IMG/VR virus record: IMGVR_UViG_3300035527_000387
Coordinates: 1 to 37,166 of that record
Reading direction: 5' to 3' (one strand)
Source: a virus
Lineage: Duplodnaviria > Caudoviricetes
DNA length: 37,166 nucleotides
Positions 32,759 to 37,166 of this stretch are shown one piece after another. How positions within the stretch are numbered: the stretch's first letter is position 1; each line of letters opens with the position of its first letter. Under the pieces are notes generated by a model. That model was not told the origin of the DNA, ran no database searches, and saw nothing but the letters and a program-made list of their open reading frames with translations. Made by a program: the position numbers and the translations under genes.

Positions 32759-33310
32759 ATGCTGAACGCGAGAATAAACAAAGATACCGCCCGTCCCTTT
32801 CTGCGTCGCCTTCAGCAGTCAGGGCCATCCGCCCGGCAGGTCGTCGGCAAGGCCGCTGCAAACACCTATAAATCACATTTCCGTCGCCTTGATTCATCCA
32901 GGCACCGCACCACCGCCCGTCATCACTTCTACGGGCGTGCCGCCAATGCCACTTCATGGTTCGTACGCGGTAACGATGTTTATGTCCGTATCCAGCAGGA
33001 AGGCATCGCACAGCGTTACTACGGCGGCCGCATCCGGCCACGCTACGCCAAAGCACTCACCATCGCCACACGCCGCGCAGTCGGCAAAAGAGCGCGCGAA
33101 TTCAACGACCTCTTCATGGTCTGGCGCAAAGGCAAATCAACCGGCTATCTCGCCCGAATCGAAGGCGGCGCGCTGCGCATATACTTCTGGCTCGTTCGCG
33201 AGGTGAACCAGAAAGGCGACAAGTCGGTACTGCCAAAACCATCCACCGTCTATGATCGCGTCAACCATGCCCTCGATGCCCACTACACCCGCCTGGAGGC
33301 TCAGCAATGA
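32759..33310 (+). CDS. Mu gpG-like virion morphogenesis (neck) protein
   Basis: Very basic; QRYYGGRIRP..AKALTI motif; follows MuF as G follows F in Mu; RBS GAGGAGG. Confidence 0.7.
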   Translation: MLNARINKDTARPFLRRLQQSGPSARQVVGKAAANTYKSHFRRLDSSRHRTTARHHFYGRAANATSWFVRGNDVYVRIQQEGIAQRYYGGRIRPRYAKALTIATRRAVGKRAREFNDLFMVWRKGKSTGYLARIEGGALRIYFWLVREVNQKGDKSVLPKPSTVYDRVNHALDAHYTRLEAQQ

Positions 33311-35307
33311 CCAAAAATTTTGACATCAAAATCAACACAAAGTCCGACCAGACCGGGGCAAAGCAAACCACCCAGTCACTCGACCAGCTCGCCAACAAAA
33401 CCGATGGCCTCACCAAGAAATCAACCGGTTTCTCCGGCATGCTTTCCAAAGGCTTCAAATCCCTGCTTTCACCCATCGGTCTCGCCACAGCAGCGGTCGG
33501 AGCCTTCGCAGCCGCCCTCGCAGGCGCCGCCAAACTCCTCAACGAATTCGGTAAACAGGAAGTCATCGACAAAAAGCAGGAAGCGCTGATCCGCGCCACA
33601 GGCGGGGCCGCCGGGTACTCCGCAGCACAGCTCAAAGAAATGGCCGCTGCCCTCTCTGAAACAACTTCTGAATCCGATGAATCCGTGGCCGCAGCGCAAA
33701 ACCTCCTCCTTACTTTCAAGAACATTCGCGGCGAGGCATTCGAAAGAACCATCGAAACCGCGCTGGATATGGGCGCGGTTCTTGGCGGTACAGAATCAGC
33801 CGCACTACAACTCGGAAAAGCCCTTGAAAACCCTGCCGTTGGCCTCACCTACCTTCGCCGATCCGGTGTCTCATTTACCGACCAGCAAATGAAACAAATC
33901 AAAGCCCTGCAGGAACAAAACAAACTCTTCGAAGCGCAAACGCTCATCCTCGATGAACTCCAAACACAGTTCGGCGGTGCCGCCGCAGCCGCAGGATCCG
34001 GGTGGACCGGCGCTACCAAACGACTCTCCAATGCCTGGGGGGATTTAAAACAGGCGATGGGGGGAGCGATTGCTTCAACGGGTTTGTTTCAAGGGGCGGC
34101 TTCAGTTTTAACAGATAGCCTGCGCGACATAGAGGATGGAATCAAATTTTCTCAAGGCGCGAACGAAGAATTTAAAGTGTCGCTTGCCGGCTTGAAAGAC
34201 CTGTCAGATGATTCGCTGGGTCCTGTTGCAGCAGACGCTGACTCGGCTGCTGAAAAGCTGGAGAAAGCACAAAAGGCGGCAGAAGATTTGCAAACTGCAA
34301 TGGCTTCAATCGAAAATGCGCGGCTTGGTTTAAAATTGGCTCAGATAGACCAACAGGTGGCTTCTGGTGATATGTCGAAGACAGATGCTCAGGCAGCGAA
34401 AAACGAACTGCGAATTGCCTATAATGTGCGTGAAACGAAAGGGAAAATATCCGTATTAGAATCAACAAAACAAGCGATGAATCAAGATGTTGAGAGCAAG
34501 GGGATACAGGCAGGTGAAGCCGTTGTGTCGTATCAGACCGCACGCGATGATTATAATGAAAAATATAGCGCCGCGCTCGGGAAGTTCGACAAACCGTCAG
34601 ATTTGGTCGATGCAGTAAAAAGACTCGAAAACGCATACTCCATCTTGTGGAAAACCGGCAAAGGCACAAATGAAGAATTTGCAAAAATAACGCGCGCATT
34701 AAAACAGGCGAGGACCCGGCTCAATGATATGGAGGCGCTAAGAGAATTGCCTGCTGAAATCGAAAAACTAAAGCAGGATGCAGAAAAGAAACTCGCCGCG
34801 TATTATGATGCGAAGGAATCTGCTCAAACAGAAAACGTCACCATTGATGCGCGAAAAGAAGCGCTTCAAACCAAACTGAATACGTTAGAAGTTTCCGGTG
34901 ACACAAACATAATTGAGAAAAAGAATGCTGACAGAAAAGCCCGAGAGGAAGCCGCAGAAAAGGCGCGAAAAAAAGCCGAAGAACGCGATAAAAACATGAA
35001 GCCCGGCGAGCGCATGCGCAGTATGATTAACAGTGTCGAGCCCGTGTATGTCGATCCGACCGGCCAGCAGGTACACGGACAGGTAGGCGAGGCCGCACAG
35101 AGGCAGGCCCGTGAAGCAATTCGTGCCGCAGGGTCGGCTATTATGGCCGGGAAAGACGACAATAATATTATATTTGAGTTGTCTGAAAAGCTTCTTGAAA
35201 TCAGTGCCTTACAGAGAAAGGGATTTAGTCAGTTGTTCAGTCAGCTCGATAAGCTGGACGGGGAAGTCGAACTCAACAAATCAATCCTTAAGAAAGGGCG
35301 GACATGA
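33307..35307 (+). CDS. tail tape measure protein
   Basis: ATGGAAGYSAAQLKEMA, AQNLLLTFKNI, LQLGKALENP..GLTYLRRSGVSF, ILDELQTQFGG motifs; helical, 666 aa. Confidence 0.92.
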   Translation: MTKNFDIKINTKSDQTGAKQTTQSLDQLANKTDGLTKKSTGFSGMLSKGFKSLLSPIGLATAAVGAFAAALAGAAKLLNEFGKQEVIDKKQEALIRATGGAAGYSAAQLKEMAAALSETTSESDESVAAAQNLLLTFKNIRGEAFERTIETALDMGAVLGGTESAALQLGKALENPAVGLTYLRRSGVSFTDQQMKQIKALQEQNKLFEAQTLILDELQTQFGGAAAAAGSGWTGATKRLSNAWGDLKQAMGGAIASTGLFQGAASVLTDSLRDIEDGIKFSQGANEEFKVSLAGLKDLSDDSLGPVAADADSAAEKLEKAQKAAEDLQTAMASIENARLGLKLAQIDQQVASGDMSKTDAQAAKNELRIAYNVRETKGKISVLESTKQAMNQDVESKGIQAGEAVVSYQTARDDYNEKYSAALGKFDKPSDLVDAVKRLENAYSILWKTGKGTNEEFAKITRALKQARTRLNDMEALRELPAEIEKLKQDAEKKLAAYYDAKESAQTENVTIDARKEALQTKLNTLEVSGDTNIIEKKNADRKAREEAAEKARKKAEERDKNMKPGERMRSMINSVEPVYVDPTGQQVHGQVGEAAQRQAREAIRAAGSAIMAGKDDNNIIFELSEKLLEISALQRKGFSQLFSQLDKLDGEVELNKSILKKGRT

Positions 35308-37166
35308 GCAGCATCTGGAAAATCAACGGCACCGATGCTTCGACTCTGGGGATTAAAGGACTGAGCCTTACCCAGGTCAATCAGGCACCCGGTGAATTCT
35401 CATTTCTTATCCCCGGCAATATGGCAGCCTCAATACCCTATCCATACAAATCCGAAATGGTGGTTACGCGCGGCTCAACATGCTGGTTCAGGGGCGTAGT
35501 CATTACTAAACCTCGATCCGGTACCCCACGCAAAGAATACATACGCATCCGGGCACAGGACTGCTGGTGGTGGCTGGATAACATAACCTTCGAACAGGAT
35601 TGGGCTGTCTATGCTTCAGGCTCCGTCGTCAACGCCACAAAAGCACGCTGCATCCTGGGGCGTGATAAGGACGGCAACCAGCAGACAAACGGGCAGGTTA
35701 TTCGCGAAGCCCTCGAATGGGCTATCGGCTCCGGCGCACCCATACAAATAGGCACCATCGATCCCGCCGCAGAAGTGCCCGCTACAGAGGACCAGGACAT
35801 CACCTGTTCGCAGGTCATTCAGCAGATGCTGCGCTGGTCCCCGGATGCCGTTTGCTACTGGACTCATTCCGGTTCCACGCCGGTCTTTAATTGCCGATAC
35901 CGCCGCAACCTTTCGGCAGCCACAATGAACATCAATGCCGGGGCACCTAATTCGGGCATTGAAATCACTTCACGGCCAGACCTTGTTTTGCCTGCCGTAG
36001 TCCTCAAATATGAGCAGACGCACAGCGAGGATAACCGCAGCTATTCAACCCTCACCGTAGACAAATATCCAGCCGATGCAACCGGACGTGAAGTAGGGGC
36101 TTTCGTAGGCACAGTGAACCTTGCCGGTCGCTCTGTAACCTATCAGTATCAGGACGTGCTAACCGAGCCTATAAAACTTGAAGATGATGTTTGGTGGCAA
36201 AAAAAATTCCCTTGGATGGCGGATACAGTAAAGTATGCTGATATTTACCGTTACGACATAAAAAGATCAGGGGCATTATGCCCAGAGGGTATTGAGCTTT
36301 TTGGAGAAAAAAAAGGTACTCAGAAATACACCATAAGAACAGGCTTGAAGAACGAACTAATTGACGGCCAAGTGCTAGACTGGATGCAGGAATATGCTGG
36401 AGAGGAAACCATTACGCTTAAGGTCGATTATGCCGTAAAAAACGAGGATGGAACCGAGGAAAAAATAACCGGACAAGACCTGTCATTCACTCTCACCGCC
36501 ACCGACGCTACAACCCGCAAATACTGGCGACTCAGTTCCTATGTAGGTGCAGAAACACCGCCTTCCGGTTTGGCCCAGGCTTTATACCAATCATGCTCCG
36601 ATATACACTACGAGGGACAGCGTACAATCGTAGAGGATGAATGCTCCGGAACATATACCTTGGGGCAGGTACTCAATATCGCCGGAGGATTGTCAGAATG
36701 GAGCTCCATGCGTGCCCTGATACAGTCCGTCACATTCGACTTTGATCGCGGCTATACAACCGTTAATTTCGGCCCCCCTGAGCATTTAGGGTTCTATGAT
36801 CTGGTGGAGCTGCTGAAAGTAACACGCAACTCCCGTCCGACTATCTCCATAGGCATTCGGGAGACAGGCGATATTTCATCCTCAGACAACACCATTTCCG
36901 GCGGCCAAAACCCCCCGCGCTCAAACAGCACCCAAGGGCCGCCGCAATACTCAAAATTTGTAGTCCGTAACGGCGAGAAAGCCATCACGCTCGATCCCGC
37001 CGCTGAAGAAACAGAACTCACCCTTTTTACCGCCCTCGAACTCCAGGCAGACGGCATTCATACCAAACAGCGCACCCTCAAGCTGTACGGCACAATTCCT
37101 TACGAAATCGGCCCAGAACAATCCGGGCCAACCCTTCCGGGAGGCCCGTGCAGCTATGGCTCCTAA
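35304..37166 (+). CDS. tail tip/baseplate hub protein
   Basis: Follows the tape measure; WFRGVV, AQDCWWWL, IQSVTFD...TTVNFG hub-type pattern. Confidence 0.7.
   Translation: MSSIWKINGTDASTLGIKGLSLTQVNQAPGEFSFLIPGNMAASIPYPYKSEMVVTRGSTCWFRGVVITKPRSGTPRKEYIRIRAQDCWWWLDNITFEQDWAVYASGSVVNATKARCILGRDKDGNQQTNGQVIREALEWAIGSGAPIQIGTIDPAAEVPATEDQDITCSQVIQQMLRWSPDAVCYWTHSGSTPVFNCRYRRNLSAATMNINAGAPNSGIEITSRPDLVLPAVVLKYEQTHSEDNRSYSTLTVDKYPADATGREVGAFVGTVNLAGRSVTYQYQDVLTEPIKLEDDVWWQKKFPWMADTVKYADIYRYDIKRSGALCPEGIELFGEKKGTQKYTIRTGLKNELIDGQVLDWMQEYAGEETITLKVDYAVKNEDGTEEKITGQDLSFTLTATDATTRKYWRLSSYVGAETPPSGLAQALYQSCSDIHYEGQRTIVEDECSGTYTLGQVLNIAGGLSEWSSMRALIQSVTFDFDRGYTTVNFGPPEHLGFYDLVELLKVTRNSRPTISIGIRETGDISSSDNTISGGQNPPRSNSTQGPPQYSKFVVRNGEKAITLDPAAEETELTLFTALELQADGIHTKQRTLKLYGTIPYEIGPEQSGPTLPGGPCSYGS

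Larger units (their letters stand above)
1..37166. mobile_element. Mu-like transposable prophage (internal part, siphovirus-type tail)
   Basis: MuA-like DDE transposase next to MuB-like ATPase, divergent repressor/Ner switch, DUF3164, Mu gp29-type portal, Mu I-type protease, gp36-type adaptor, MuF, tape measure; no integrase; no ends or host flanks visible. Confidence 0.95.

Noticed and set aside
32580-32765. 61 aa ORF as the toxin immunity protein
   Set aside because: It overlaps both neighbours, but is Pro/Gly/Arg-rich and unlike a folded immunity protein; not fully excluded
1-37166. Mu ends (TG...CA), target duplication, Gin invertase, Mom, Gam, tail sheath, tRNA or rRNA genes
   Set aside because: None recognisable; the window begins and ends at gene stop codons, so the ends presumably lie outside

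Overview
The whole window is the body of a Mu-like transposable prophage; neither Mu end is visible, and the window starts and stops at stop codons. The left arm (minus strand, 1-9170) is an early operon: a Ner/Cro-like HTH gene, a DUF3102 protein, a DDE transposase (MuA-like), an AAA+ ATPase (MuB-like), DUF3164, a GemA-like gene and many small genes. At 9257-11395 a divergent, AT-richer lysogeny operon carries the repressor plus accessory genes and ends in a clean terminator. From 11501 to 37166 (plus strand) is a late operon for a siphovirus-type virion: TerS, a lambda-GpA-type TerL, Mu gp29-type portal, Mu I/Z-type protease and scaffold, capsid, adaptor, tail tube, fibre-like proteins, MuF, a gpG-like protein, tape measure and tail tip. 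No sheath gene is seen. Short repeat types and the style of the exported proteins suggest a PVC-superphylum host such as Kiritimatiellia/Verrucomicrobiota (inference). Three features stand out. (1) A block of fibre/spike-like genes inside the structural operon carries Sec-type signal peptides, and most are strongly Thr-Asn rich, suggesting virion parts that are exported and possibly modified outside the cytoplasm. (2) The gene coupled to the repressor is a diverged copy of the phage's own MuF domain fused to a TPR. (3) The virion MuF carries a PBECR1-like RNase domain with no evident protein immunity gene but a structured non-coding segment directly behind it. All family assignments come from motif recognition by eye, not database searches.
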